A DNA stretch of 58,117 nt. Source: an uncultured Gammaproteobacteria bacterium (GTDB lineage Bacteria > Patescibacteriota > Microgenomatia > CAYGWK01). Shown piece after piece: positions 8,735 to 16,379 of the stretch (the first letter of the stretch is position 1; every line of letters begins with the position of its first letter). The notes beneath the pieces were generated by a model. That model was not told where the DNA came from. It was given only the letters and a program-made list of their open reading frames with translations, and did no database searches. The translations under genes were made by a program, and so were the position numbers. The stretch is taken from contig CAZAPL010000006.1 in NCBI GenBank assembly GCA_964487495.1, positions 1 to 58,117 on the forward strand, given 5' to 3'.

Positions 8735-11629
8735 ATGTTCAAACCAGTTTCCCCAAAAGTTGATTTTCCGAAAATGGAGAATCAAATTCTTGATTGGTGG
8801 TATAAAGAAGGAGTGGTTGAGGAATATCTTCGACGAAATCGTCATTCGAAAAAGAAATTTTCTTTTTTAGATGGGCCAATTACCGCAAATAATCCTATGG
8901 GAGTTCATCATGCGTGGGGAAGAACTTATAAAGACTTATGGCAGAGATTTTATAACATGAGAGGTTATAAGCAAAGATTTCAGAATGGTTTTGATAATCA
9001 AGGACTTTGGGTTGAGGTCGAGGTGGAAAAAGAACTTGGATTTAAGAGTAAAAAAGATATTGAAAAATTTGGGATTGAGAATTTTGTTAATAAGTGTAAG
9101 GAAAGGACGTTGCGTTTTGCCCAAATCCAAACAGAGCAGTCCAAACGCTTGGGATATTTTATGGATTGGGATAATTCTTACTATACTATGTCTGACAAAA
9201 ATAATTACATGATTTGGCATTTCTTGAAAAAATGTTGGCTTGACGGGAATCTCTATAAAGGAAAAGATGCTGTTCCTTGGTGTCCTCGTTGCGGAACCGC
9301 TATTTCCCAACATGAGATTTTAACTGAAGAGTATAAAGAAATAGTTCACACATCAATATTTTTTAAACTACCAATTTCAGAAAGAAAAGATGAATTTTTT
9401 TTAGTTTGGACGACCACCCCCTGGACTATTCCTGGAAATGTTGCCTTGGCGGTTAATCCTAATTTTTATTATGCTAAATTTAGAAATAGAAAAACAGGCG
9501 AAACCTTGATATTTTTGGAAGATTTAGCAGAAAAGATCTTGAGAGATGATGAAGAAAACTGGGAGAAGGTGGAAAGATTTTCCGGAGAAAAACTTTCTTC
9601 TTTTTATTATCAAGGTCCTTTCGATGACCTTTTAGCTGTAAGAAAGGCAAAGGAAGAAAATCCAAAAACCTTTCATCGTGTAATTTTGGATGAAGAATTA
9701 GTTAGTGCCTCTGAAGGTACGGGAATTGTTCATATTGCTCCAGCAGCAGGGCAAGAAGATTTTCGCCTCGGGAAGAGAGAAAATTTACCTGTGATTGCTT
9801 TAATTGATGAGGGGGCAAATTATCTTCCTAATTTTGGCGATTTATCTTTTAAAAATGCCAAAGAAAATCCTGAATTGATTTTTGATAAATTAAGGAATTT
9901 AGAAAATGGCAGATTTTTGTTTAGATTGGAAGATTATCCTCATCGTTATCCAGTTTGTTGGCGTTGTAAGACAGAACTTGTTTGGCGAGTGGTTGACGAG
10001 TGGTATATTGCAATGGACGATAGAAATCATAAAGGAGCGAAGAATTATCGGAAAATAATGATGGAAGTCGCCAAAAAAATTCGTTGGTTACCTGAATGGG
10101 GACTTGAGAGGGAAATTGATTGGCTTTCTAATATGGAAGATTGGTTAATTTCCAAAAAGAGATATTGGGGTTTGGCTTTGCCAATTTGGGAATGTCAAAA
10201 ATGCGGAAGGTTTAAGGTTATTGGAGGAATGGAGGAGTTAAAGAAAGAAGCCGTTTCGGGTTGGGACAAATTTTTTGGTCATTCTCCCCATCGTCCATGG
10301 GTTGATGAAGTAAAAATTAAATGTTCTTGTGGAGAGATTATTTCAAGAATTCCTGATGTTGGGAATCCTTGGCTTGACGCAGGAATTGTTCCTTTTTCAA
10401 CTTTACCCAGGGATTGGTTCCCGGCTGATTTTATTACTGAGTCTTTCCCTGGACAATTTAAAAATTGGTTTTATTCGCTTTTGGCAATGTCAAGTATTTT
10501 AAAGGGCAAGCCTCCTTTTAAAACTGTTTTGGGTTTTGCTACTCTTTTGGCTGAGGATGGCCAGCCGATGCATAAATCTTTAGGAAATGCAATTGAATTT
10601 GATGAAGGGGCTAACAAAATTGGAGTTGATGTTATGCGCTGGATGTATTTAACTCAAAATCCTGCTGAAAATCTTCTTTTTGGTTTTCAGAGAGCAAATG
10701 AGGTTAGAAGAAGATTTCATCTTATTTTATGGAATGTTTATAATTTTTTTGTTATTTATGCAAATATTGACAAATGGGAGGCTAAAAAGCCTAATTTAAG
10801 ATTAAAATCTTTTCAAAAAGAAAAAAATCAACGGCCCTCCTTAGATTTTTGGATTCTTTCCAGGCTGAATCAATTAATTAAAACCGTAACAGAATCGTTA
10901 AAAAATTATGATGCCTTTACTGCTTCTTGGGCAATTGAAAATTTTGTAATTAAGGATTTATCAACCTGGTATGTTCGTCGTTCTCGCGATCGATTAGGGC
11001 CAACTGCGATAGATAAGAATGATAAGATGGCCTGCTATGAAACTTTATATGAAGTTTTAGTAACTTTAACTAAAATTTTGGCCCCCTTTTGTCCCTTTTT
11101 AGCCGAGGAAATTTATAAAAATTTAACAAAAGAAAGATCTGTTCATTTAACTAATTGGCCTCGCGCCCAAAATTCTTTTATTGATATATTAAAAGAAGAA
11201 GAAATGGATTTAGTAAGAAAGATTTGTGAACTTGGACACGCTGCTAGGAAAAAGGAAAAAATAAGAGTTCGCCAACCGCTTCAATTAATTAAAGTAAAAA
11301 TGAATTCTAACAAAAAAATCTCAGATGATTTGATTCAATTGATTAAAGAGGAATTAAATGTTAAAAATGTAGTTTTTGAAAAAAAGGAAGGCGAAATAGA
11401 GGTCGAATTAAATACAGTTATAACTCCTGAATTGAAAGCAGAAGGAGAGGCACGTGAATTAGTACGTCAGATTCAAGAATTAAGAAAGAAAAAAGGGTGT
11501 TCCTTGGATGAAAAAATAGAGGTTATTGCTCCATTTTGGCCTTTAGAATTTGAGGATTATATTAAAAAAGAAGCCCTTGTTTCTTCTCTTAAAAAAGGTA
11601 AAGTTCTTAGAGTTGAAAGAATTCAGTAA
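8735..11629 (+). CDS. ileS: Isoleucyl-tRNA synthetase
   Basis: 964 aa. HIGH-type PMGVHHAWGR, KMSKS-type PMHKSLGN, zinc knuckles WCPRCGT and CWRCKTE, and a class Ia editing-domain-sized insertion. Confidence 0.9.
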   Translation: MFKPVSPKVDFPKMENQILDWWYKEGVVEEYLRRNRHSKKKFSFLDGPITANNPMGVHHAWGRTYKDLWQRFYNMRGYKQRFQNGFDNQGLWVEVEVEKELGFKSKKDIEKFGIENFVNKCKERTLRFAQIQTEQSKRLGYFMDWDNSYYTMSDKNNYMIWHFLKKCWLDGNLYKGKDAVPWCPRCGTAISQHEILTEEYKEIVHTSIFFKLPISERKDEFFLVWTTTPWTIPGNVALAVNPNFYYAKFRNRKTGETLIFLEDLAEKILRDDEENWEKVERFSGEKLSSFYYQGPFDDLLAVRKAKEENPKTFHRVILDEELVSASEGTGIVHIAPAAGQEDFRLGKRENLPVIALIDEGANYLPNFGDLSFKNAKENPELIFDKLRNLENGRFLFRLEDYPHRYPVCWRCKTELVWRVVDEWYIAMDDRNHKGAKNYRKIMMEVAKKIRWLPEWGLEREIDWLSNMEDWLISKKRYWGLALPIWECQKCGRFKVIGGMEELKKEAVSGWDKFFGHSPHRPWVDEVKIKCSCGEIISRIPDVGNPWLDAGIVPFSTLPRDWFPADFITESFPGQFKNWFYSLLAMSSILKGKPPFKTVLGFATLLAEDGQPMHKSLGNAIEFDEGANKIGVDVMRWMYLTQNPAENLLFGFQRANEVRRRFHLILWNVYNFFVIYANIDKWEAKKPNLRLKSFQKEKNQRPSLDFWILSRLNQLIKTVTESLKNYDAFTASWAIENFVIKDLSTWYVRRSRDRLGPTAIDKNDKMACYETLYEVLVTLTKILAPFCPFLAEEIYKNLTKERSVHLTNWPRAQNSFIDILKEEEMDLVRKICELGHAARKKEKIRVRQPLQLIKVKMNSNKKISDDLIQLIKEELNVKNVVFEKKEGEIEVELNTVITPELKAEGEARELVRQIQELRKKKGCSLDEKIEVIAPFWPLEFEDYIKKEALVSSLKKGKVLRVERIQ

Positions 11630-12708
11630 TGAAAAATTCTTCTTTATTCGATTTTAAAATTATTTTCTCTTTTTTCATAATTGAGATTTTGAGTCTTTCA
11701 ATGATTTGGAGCCTTAAGGCCGATCTTTTTTTAAATCAGTTAATTTTTTTTATTATTGGATTTGTTCTTTTTTTTATTTTTTCGATAATCGATTTTCGGA
11801 TTTTTGAAAATTTTTCTTATCATTTTTATCTTTTTTCTTTAATTTTTCTTTTTTCTCCTTTTTTCTTTGGTCAAGTTACTCGTGGCTCGCTTCGCTGGAT
11901 CCAAATTGGAGGTTTTACAGTTCAACCTTCGGAGATTGTAAAACCGTTTTTAGTTTGTTCTTTTGCTGCTTTTTTATCAAAAAAGGAAAAGAATTTTAGG
12001 GTTTTAGATTTAATTAAAATTTTTTTTCTTTTTCTCTTACCTTTATTTTTGGTTTTTAAGCAGCCCGATTTAGGGAGTAGTCTCCTTATCTTTTCTTCAT
12101 TTTTAGGAGTCTTTTTTGTCTCGGGTATTCCCTTTTTATATATCGCAGGAGGGTTAATGTCCCTTATAATTTCTTTTCCTGTTATTTGGATATTTCTTAA
12201 AGAATATCAAAAACTAAGAATAATAAGTTTTTTAAATCCTTATCATGATCCCTTAGGTGCCGGTTACCATCTTATTCAGTCGGTGGCCGCTGTTGGTTCT
12301 GGGCAAATTTTTGGTCGAGGTTTTGGGAAAGGGATTCAGTCGCATCTTCATTTTTTACCAGAAAATTATACCGATTTTATTTTTGCTTCTCTTTCGGAGG
12401 AGATGGGTTTTTTAGGATCTTTACTTCTTTTGGTTTGCTATTTTGTTCTTCTTTTAAGAATTTTAAAAATTTCTCAAAATTCGACCTCTTCTTTTGGAAG
12501 TGCAGTTGGTTTTGGATTTTTCTCTCTTTTTCTTTTTCAAATTTTTGCTAATATTGGAATGAATATGGGGCTTTTGCCTGTTGTGGGAATTACTTTACCT
12601 CTTTTTTCTTACGGTGGTTCTTCGATTATAGCAACGATGATCTCTTTAGGAATAATAGAAAGCATTTTTAAATTTCAAAAGCAAAGAAAAATAATTGAAA
12701 TAAAATAG
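11629..12708 (+). CDS. rodA: SEDS-family protein, RodA-like
   Basis: VQPSEIVKP, QPDLGSS, LPENYTDFIFASLSEEMGFLG, ITLPLFSYGGSS. Its start overlaps the ileS stop (TAATG). Confidence 0.75.
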   Translation: MKNSSLFDFKIIFSFFIIEILSLSMIWSLKADLFLNQLIFFIIGFVLFFIFSIIDFRIFENFSYHFYLFSLIFLFSPFFFGQVTRGSLRWIQIGGFTVQPSEIVKPFLVCSFAAFLSKKEKNFRVLDLIKIFFLFLLPLFLVFKQPDLGSSLLIFSSFLGVFFVSGIPFLYIAGGLMSLIISFPVIWIFLKEYQKLRIISFLNPYHDPLGAGYHLIQSVAAVGSGQIFGRGFGKGIQSHLHFLPENYTDFIFASLSEEMGFLGSLLLLVCYFVLLLRILKISQNSTSSFGSAVGFGFFSLFLFQIFANIGMNMGLLPVVGITLPLFSYGGSSIIATMISLGIIESIFKFQKQRKIIEIK

Positions 12709-12723
12709 AAAAGAGAGTATAAT
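12695..12723 (+). promoter_or_regulatory. Near-consensus promoter TTGAAA-17-TATAAT ending 7 nt before the rplU ATG
   Basis: TTGAAA at 12695-12700, TATAAT at 12718-12723, ATG at 12731. No Shine-Dalgarno in between. Confidence 0.45.
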
Positions 12724-12730
12724 TTTTCTT

Positions 12731-13120
12731 ATGGATTATGCAATAGTCAAAATCGGTGGAAATCAATATAAAGTAAGGAAAGGCGAAAGAATTCAGGTTC
12801 CAAGAATTTCTCAGAAAGAAGGGGAAGAAATTGAAATTACTGATGTTTTACTTTTGGTTTCTAATGGCGAAGTTAAAATTGGCCAACCGACAATTTCCAA
12901 CGTTAGAATTAAAGCAAAGATAGTTTCTCATTTAAAGGAAGAGAAAATCAAGGTCAAAAGATTTAAGGCTAAATCAAGATATCGAAAAACCAAAGGTTTT
13001 AGGCAGTCATTGACAGAAATTGAGATAGGAGAGGTAATAAACGAAAAAGAGAAGAAGGAAAAATTAAAAAAACGAAAAAAGCAAAAAAATCAAACAACGC
13101 AAAATCTTCCTAAAAATTAA
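12731..13120 (+). CDS. rplU: Ribosomal protein L21 with a Lys-rich C-terminal tail
   Basis: YAIVKIGGNQYKV...; tail EKEKKEKLKKRKKQKNQ. Confidence 0.9.
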   Translation: MDYAIVKIGGNQYKVRKGERIQVPRISQKEGEEIEITDVLLLVSNGEVKIGQPTISNVRIKAKIVSHLKEEKIKVKRFKAKSRYRKTKGFRQSLTEIEIGEVINEKEKKEKLKKRKKQKNQTTQNLPKN

Positions 13121-13139
13121 TCTTTCCTAATTTTATCTC

Positions 13140-13168
13140 TTGACTCTCGTGAAAAAATGGATTAAACT
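13140..13168 (+). promoter_or_regulatory. Promoter-like TTGACT-17-TAAACT ending 9 nt before the rpmA ATG
   Basis: TTGACT at 13140-13145, TAAACT at 13163-13168, ATG at 13178. Confidence 0.35.
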
Positions 13169-13177
13169 TCTTTTTAA

Positions 13178-13432
13178 ATGGCAAAGACAAAAAGTGGTGG
13201 AAAAACAAGGCAAAAAACGAATCGCCCCGGTAAGCGATTGGGCGTTAAGTTATTTGGGGGAGAGAAGGCAAAAATTGGCCAGATTATTGTTCGCCAACGA
13301 GGAAGTAAATTTTATCCTGGAGAAGGGGTAGGAGTTGGGCGAGATTTCACTCTTTTTGCTTTAAGGGAGGGAAAAGTTAGATTTGGAAAGAAAAAAGGAA
13401 AACAGTTCGTTTCTGTGATTGACCAGAATTAA
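13178..13432 (+). CDS. rpmA: Ribosomal protein L27
   Basis: [41 protein letters not shown]. Confidence 0.95.
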   Translation: MAKTKSGGKTRQKTNRPGKRLGVKLFGGEKAKIGQIIVRQRGSKFYPGEGVGVGRDFTLFALREGKVRFGKKKGKQFVSVIDQN

Positions 13433-13435
13433 TGT

Positions 13436-14275
13436 ATGAATGAAGAAGAAAAAACAGTTATAGAAATTCCGATTGACGAACTCCAGGGGAATCCTCTTCA
13501 ACCAAGAGGAGTGATTACTCCAGAATCTTTAGTAGATCTTGTTGATTCGATTAGAGAACATGGAATTCTTGAGCCTTTGGTAGTGGCTAAAACCCCAGCG
13601 GGATATCAAATAATTGCTGGAGAGAGAAGATGGCGGGCAGCAAAAATTGTTGGTCTTAAAACAGTTCCTGCGGTTATTAAAGAAACAACGCCGCGGGGGA
13701 TGCTTGAAATGGCGATAGTTGAAAATGTTCAAAGAATCGATTTAAATCCTCTTGAGAGAGCCAAAGCTTTTCAAAGGCTAATTGGAGAATTTGGTCTTAC
13801 TGTTGGAGAAATTGCTAAGAGAATTGGTAAAAGTAGCGCTTATGTTTCCAATTCTTTACGTCTTTTGAACTTACCTGATGCTTTAAAAGACGGTCTTCTT
13901 TCTGGTCTTATCACCGAGGGGCATGCGCGAGCTTTAGCCTCTATCGAAGATCCAAGAGTTATGGTTGAAGCCTATAAAATGGTTCTTCGGGAGTCGGCTT
14001 CTGTTAGAAGGGCGGAAGATATAGCCAGAAGAATGAAGGCTATAAGCGGGCAACAGCCCAAACATGGAGCATTTGGGCGTAAGACAAGAATTTATCATGA
14101 AGAAAGTGATCGAATTAGAGATGAAATAGAAAAGGCTCTTGGAGGACCTGAAAAAAGCAAAATAAGACTAACACGATCGCGGGCAGAGACAAGATTGATT
14201 ATTATTTTGAAAGGAGATTTTAGTGAAACTGAAGAAAGACTCCAAAAAATTTATCACGGTATTTGCAAGAATTAA
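13436..14275 (+). CDS. parB: ParB/Spo0J chromosome-partitioning protein
   Basis: QPRGVITPESLVDLVDSIREHGILEPLVV, the IIAGERRWRAAK box, and an HTH region EIAKRIGKSSAYVSNSLRLL. Confidence 0.9.
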   Translation: MNEEEKTVIEIPIDELQGNPLQPRGVITPESLVDLVDSIREHGILEPLVVAKTPAGYQIIAGERRWRAAKIVGLKTVPAVIKETTPRGMLEMAIVENVQRIDLNPLERAKAFQRLIGEFGLTVGEIAKRIGKSSAYVSNSLRLLNLPDALKDGLLSGLITEGHARALASIEDPRVMVEAYKMVLRESASVRRAEDIARRMKAISGQQPKHGAFGRKTRIYHEESDRIRDEIEKALGGPEKSKIRLTRSRAETRLIIILKGDFSETEERLQKIYHGICKN

Positions 14276-14284
14276 TTAGATTTT

Positions 14285-14848
14285 TTAACGGATAAACCTT
14301 ATTCTATCAATGGGCCAGTAGCAAAAAAAGGCTTTGCCAATTATAGCATTTCTTTTAATTGGGCCAAATTCGCGACTATCGCGAGAGTGGGCGCGATTAT
14401 CCCCAAAAACTAAATATTCATTTTCTTTTAAAGTAATGGTTTTTCCTTCTCCAAGATAACTTCCTGCTGAAGTTTTAATTTCTGTGGGGAGATAATTTTC
14501 GGTTAATTTTTGATCATTTATAAAGATTTCTCCGTTAGAGATTCTTACTTTCTCTCCGGGTAAGCCAATAATTCTTTTTATATATTCGCACTCAAATTCG
14601 GCGCATAATTCTGAGGGAGGGGCTTTAAAGATTATAACTTCTCCTCTTTGAGGTGGCCTAAATCGGTAAGAGAGTTTATCTGTTAAAATAAATTCCTTGT
14701 CATGAAAATTTGCATACATTGAATTTCCTTGGACTTGGTGAGGTTGAAAGAGAAAAAGATAACAGATTACAAAGATTGAAAGGGCAAAGACGATAACCTG
14801 GATTATGTCTAAAAAAAACGAAGTTATTCTTTTGGTAAACTCTTTCAT
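14285..14848 (-). CDS. lepB: Signal peptidase I
   Basis: N-terminal TM segment, GNSMYANF (catalytic Ser box), KRIIGLPGE (Lys box), GDNRAHSRDSR. Confidence 0.9.
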   Translation of the reverse strand: MKEFTKRITSFFLDIIQVIVFALSIFVICYLFLFQPHQVQGNSMYANFHDKEFILTDKLSYRFRPPQRGEVIIFKAPPSELCAEFECEYIKRIIGLPGEKVRISNGEIFINDQKLTENYLPTEIKTSAGSYLGEGKTITLKENEYLVFGDNRAHSRDSREFGPIKRNAIIGKAFFCYWPIDRIRFIR

Positions 14849-14914
14849 AGTTTTCTATTATACTCAATCTAAAGATTGCCTTTCAACTGGGAATTTGGTA
14901 AACTTAAAGTGAAA

Positions 14915-14989
14915 GGTCACGTAGCTCAGTTGGTTTAGAGCGTTCGCTTCACATGCGAAAGGTCCCTGGTTCGAATCCAGGCGTGACCA
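14915..14989 (+). tRNA. tRNA-Val (anticodon CAC)
   Basis: Hand-folded cloverleaf: acceptor GGTCACG/CGTGACC, anticodon arm TTCGC-TTCACAT-GCGAA, T arm CCTGG-TTCGAAT-CCAGG. CCA is not encoded. Confidence 0.9.
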
Positions 14990-15027
14990 CAGGTTTAAGA
15001 TCATTTAAGATACAATTCTGCTTTTAC

Positions 15028-15049
15028 GCCTCTATAAAGCCTCTATAAA
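15028..15049. repeat. Perfect tandem 11-bp repeat GCCTCTATAAA x2
   Basis: Read directly in the tRNA-Val / PaaX-like intergenic region. Confidence 0.6.
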
Positions 15050-15095
15050 AAAAGAGAATATTCCTTTTGACCTTCTACCGGAGGTTGAAAAGGGA
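15047..15095 (-). terminator. Candidate intrinsic terminator oriented on the minus strand
   Basis: A 14-bp stem with two single-G bulges (15062-15075 pairs with 15080-15095) and a TACC loop. On the minus strand it is followed by ATATTCTCTTTTTTT. No T-run follows on the plus strand. Confidence 0.35.
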
Positions 15096-15199
15096 TAAAA
15101 ACATAAGAAAGTTTTTAGTTTGGATATTGAAAAATAAGAATTTCTAATGGTGAATAGATCTGAAATCGGGTTTAAAACACCATTGAGAGTTGTGGAAAT

Positions 15200-15221
15200 T
15201 TTATCAAAAGTTTATCAAAAT
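15200..15221. repeat. Tandem 11-bp repeat TTTATCAAAA(G/T) x2
   Basis: Read directly; 10 of 11 positions identical between the units. Confidence 0.5.
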
Positions 15222-15281
15222 TTTGAAGTGTTAAGATTTTTTAGATTTTAGGAGTTATTTGAGGAATTAAATTTTGGATTA

Positions 15282-15312
15282 TTTGACAAAATAAAGCACG
15301 TGCTGTATTTTG
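15282..15312 (+). promoter_or_regulatory. Promoter TTGACA-17-TATTTT overlapped by a 26-bp near-perfect palindrome (copy 1)
   Basis: TTTGACAAAATAAAGCACGTGCTGTATTTTG. The palindrome CAAAATAAAGCAC/GTGCTGTATTTTG (15287-15312) has one mismatched pair. It lies 23 nt upstream of ATG 15336, with GGAG boxes in between. Confidence 0.55.
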
Positions 15313-15335
15313 GTAATTATGGAGATTGGAGAAGA

Positions 15336-16007
15336 ATGGAAAGAAATTTAATAAAAACTATAGATAAATTAGAAATTTCTGATAAAAATATCGAAATTAT
15401 TGCTAAGTCGCTCAAGAAAAAGTTTGATCTTGAGGAAGGGAAAAGAAAATATGCTTCCGTACGAGAAGTTTTGACAATTTTAGCTAAAGGAACAATGTTA
15501 ATTTTTTCGTTTGTTACCCCTGGTCTAACCTTGGGTTTGAAAGATTTTATTAAGACAGAAAAATATCCAGACGCGAAAGAATGGAAAACCTTCAATCTAT
15601 CTTTTCTTACAAGGACCATCAAAAGGCTCGAAAAACAGAAATTAGTAGAAATTGTTAATCAAGGGAAATATCGAGTTGTTAAGATTACCAGAAAAGGGAA
15701 AAAGAGAGTTTTGAGATATGCCCTTGATGAACTTGAACTTAAGAAGCCGGAAAGATGGGATGGGAGGTGGTATTTTGTGACTTATGATATACCTAAAGGG
15801 AAAAATTGGTTGCGCGATTTAATGAGAAATTTTTTGGCCAGGTTGGGATTTTATCGATTTCATGAAAGTCTTTATATCCATGCCTATCCTTGTCTTGGTG
15901 AAATAGAATTTCTTAGGGAATATCTTGGTGTTTCTGAGTTTGTTAAGGTTTTGGTGGTAAACAAAATTGAAAATGACGAGGTTTTTCGTAATTATTTTGG
16001 TATATAG
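15336..16007 (+). CDS. PaaX-like transcriptional regulator (winged-helix N-terminus plus a WxGxW...DIP domain)
   Basis: WDGRWYFVTYDIPKGKNWLRDLMRNFLARLGFYRFHESLYIH matches the PaaX-family middle-domain pattern as I remember it. The wHTH-like segment is LSFLTRTIKRLEKQKLVEIV...ITRKGKKRV. The ORF-track GTG start at 15300 sits inside the promoter, so ATG 15336 is preferred. Confidence 0.55.
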   Translation: MERNLIKTIDKLEISDKNIEIIAKSLKKKFDLEEGKRKYASVREVLTILAKGTMLIFSFVTPGLTLGLKDFIKTEKYPDAKEWKTFNLSFLTRTIKRLEKQKLVEIVNQGKYRVVKITRKGKKRVLRYALDELELKKPERWDGRWYFVTYDIPKGKNWLRDLMRNFLARLGFYRFHESLYIHAYPCLGEIEFLREYLGVSEFVKVLVVNKIENDEVFRNYFGI

Positions 16008-16143
16008 TTAAAGGAGCTAAATTCTTTTCCATCTGTTTCTATTATGCTTAATTATCATAATCATATCATTTATTATCTTATCTATTATTTATATTTTGAT
16101 TTTTATGCATTATGAGTATTGTGTTTTTATGTTATTTGTTTAT

Positions 16144-16174
16144 TTTGACAAAATAAAGCACGTGCTGTATTTTG
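16144..16174 (+). promoter_or_regulatory. Second, base-for-base identical copy of the 31-bp promoter/palindrome module
   Basis: Same 31-mer as 15282-15312 with unrelated flanks. Lies 136 nt after the PaaX-like stop. No ORF longer than 12 codons follows on the plus strand. Confidence 0.45.
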
Positions 16175-16379
16175 TCATTTACGGGTTTTAATCACGGATA
16201 GTATAGGTAATTTTATTTATTTTTTTTATTTAATTTTTTCTTTTGATTCCTTTGATTTCTGGATTTCTCCTAAAAGATCCTTTTGGTTTATGGTTTTTAA
16301 TGGAGAAGATTTTTTAATTCTAATTTGAGATTTTAGATTTAATCTTTGATATTTTTATTAAAATCTGAGAATAATTTTT

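Noticed and set aside
6691-8845. Antisense ORFs of 64-130 aa inside ftsA, ftsZ and ileS. The same applies to similar minus-strand ORFs inside the GT4, GT-C, dnaE, pyrG, ppsA, eno, acs and oxidoreductase genes.
   Set aside because: All lie entirely opposite genes with unmistakable motifs. They have low-complexity or Pro/Ser/Leu-rich translations typical of antisense frames, and they lack start-site signals.
13140-13331. A 63-aa ORF overlapping rpmA in another frame.
   Set aside because: The overlapping frame encodes a textbook L27. The alternative frame starts inside the putative rpmA promoter and has no recognisable features.
15028-15221. Short tandem repeats (11 bp x2 at two places, and 13 bp x2 at 37652-37677) as a possible CRISPR or minisatellite array.
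   Set aside because: Each has only two adjacent units with no spacers. They are far too short for CRISPR repeats, and no cas genes are present in the window.
15287-15312. Whether the CACGTG-centred palindrome (two copies within 2 kb downstream of parB) could be a parS site.
   Set aside because: Aligned to TGTTTCACGTGAAACA, only the central CACGTG and the outermost positions match (8 of 16). The half-sites (TAAAGCAC) differ from parS (TGTTTCAC). The element also overlays a -35/-10 pair next to a regulator gene, so an operator is the better reading.
16044-16115. A 23-codon Tyr/Ile-rich ORF (MLNYHNHIIYYLIYYLYFDFYAL) after the PaaX-like gene, and a 34-codon ORF at 15147-15251.
   Set aside because: Neither has a Shine-Dalgarno or promoter at a suitable distance. 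Their composition simply mirrors AT-rich spacer DNA, and the AAAGGAG at 16011-16017 is 27 nt from the ATG.
14915-16379. An integrative mobile element inserted at tRNA-Val.
   Set aside because: There is no integrase, recombinase or excisionase ORF. No duplicated copy of the tRNA-Val 3' end is visible downstream. The 31-bp direct repeats are unrelated to the tRNA sequence.
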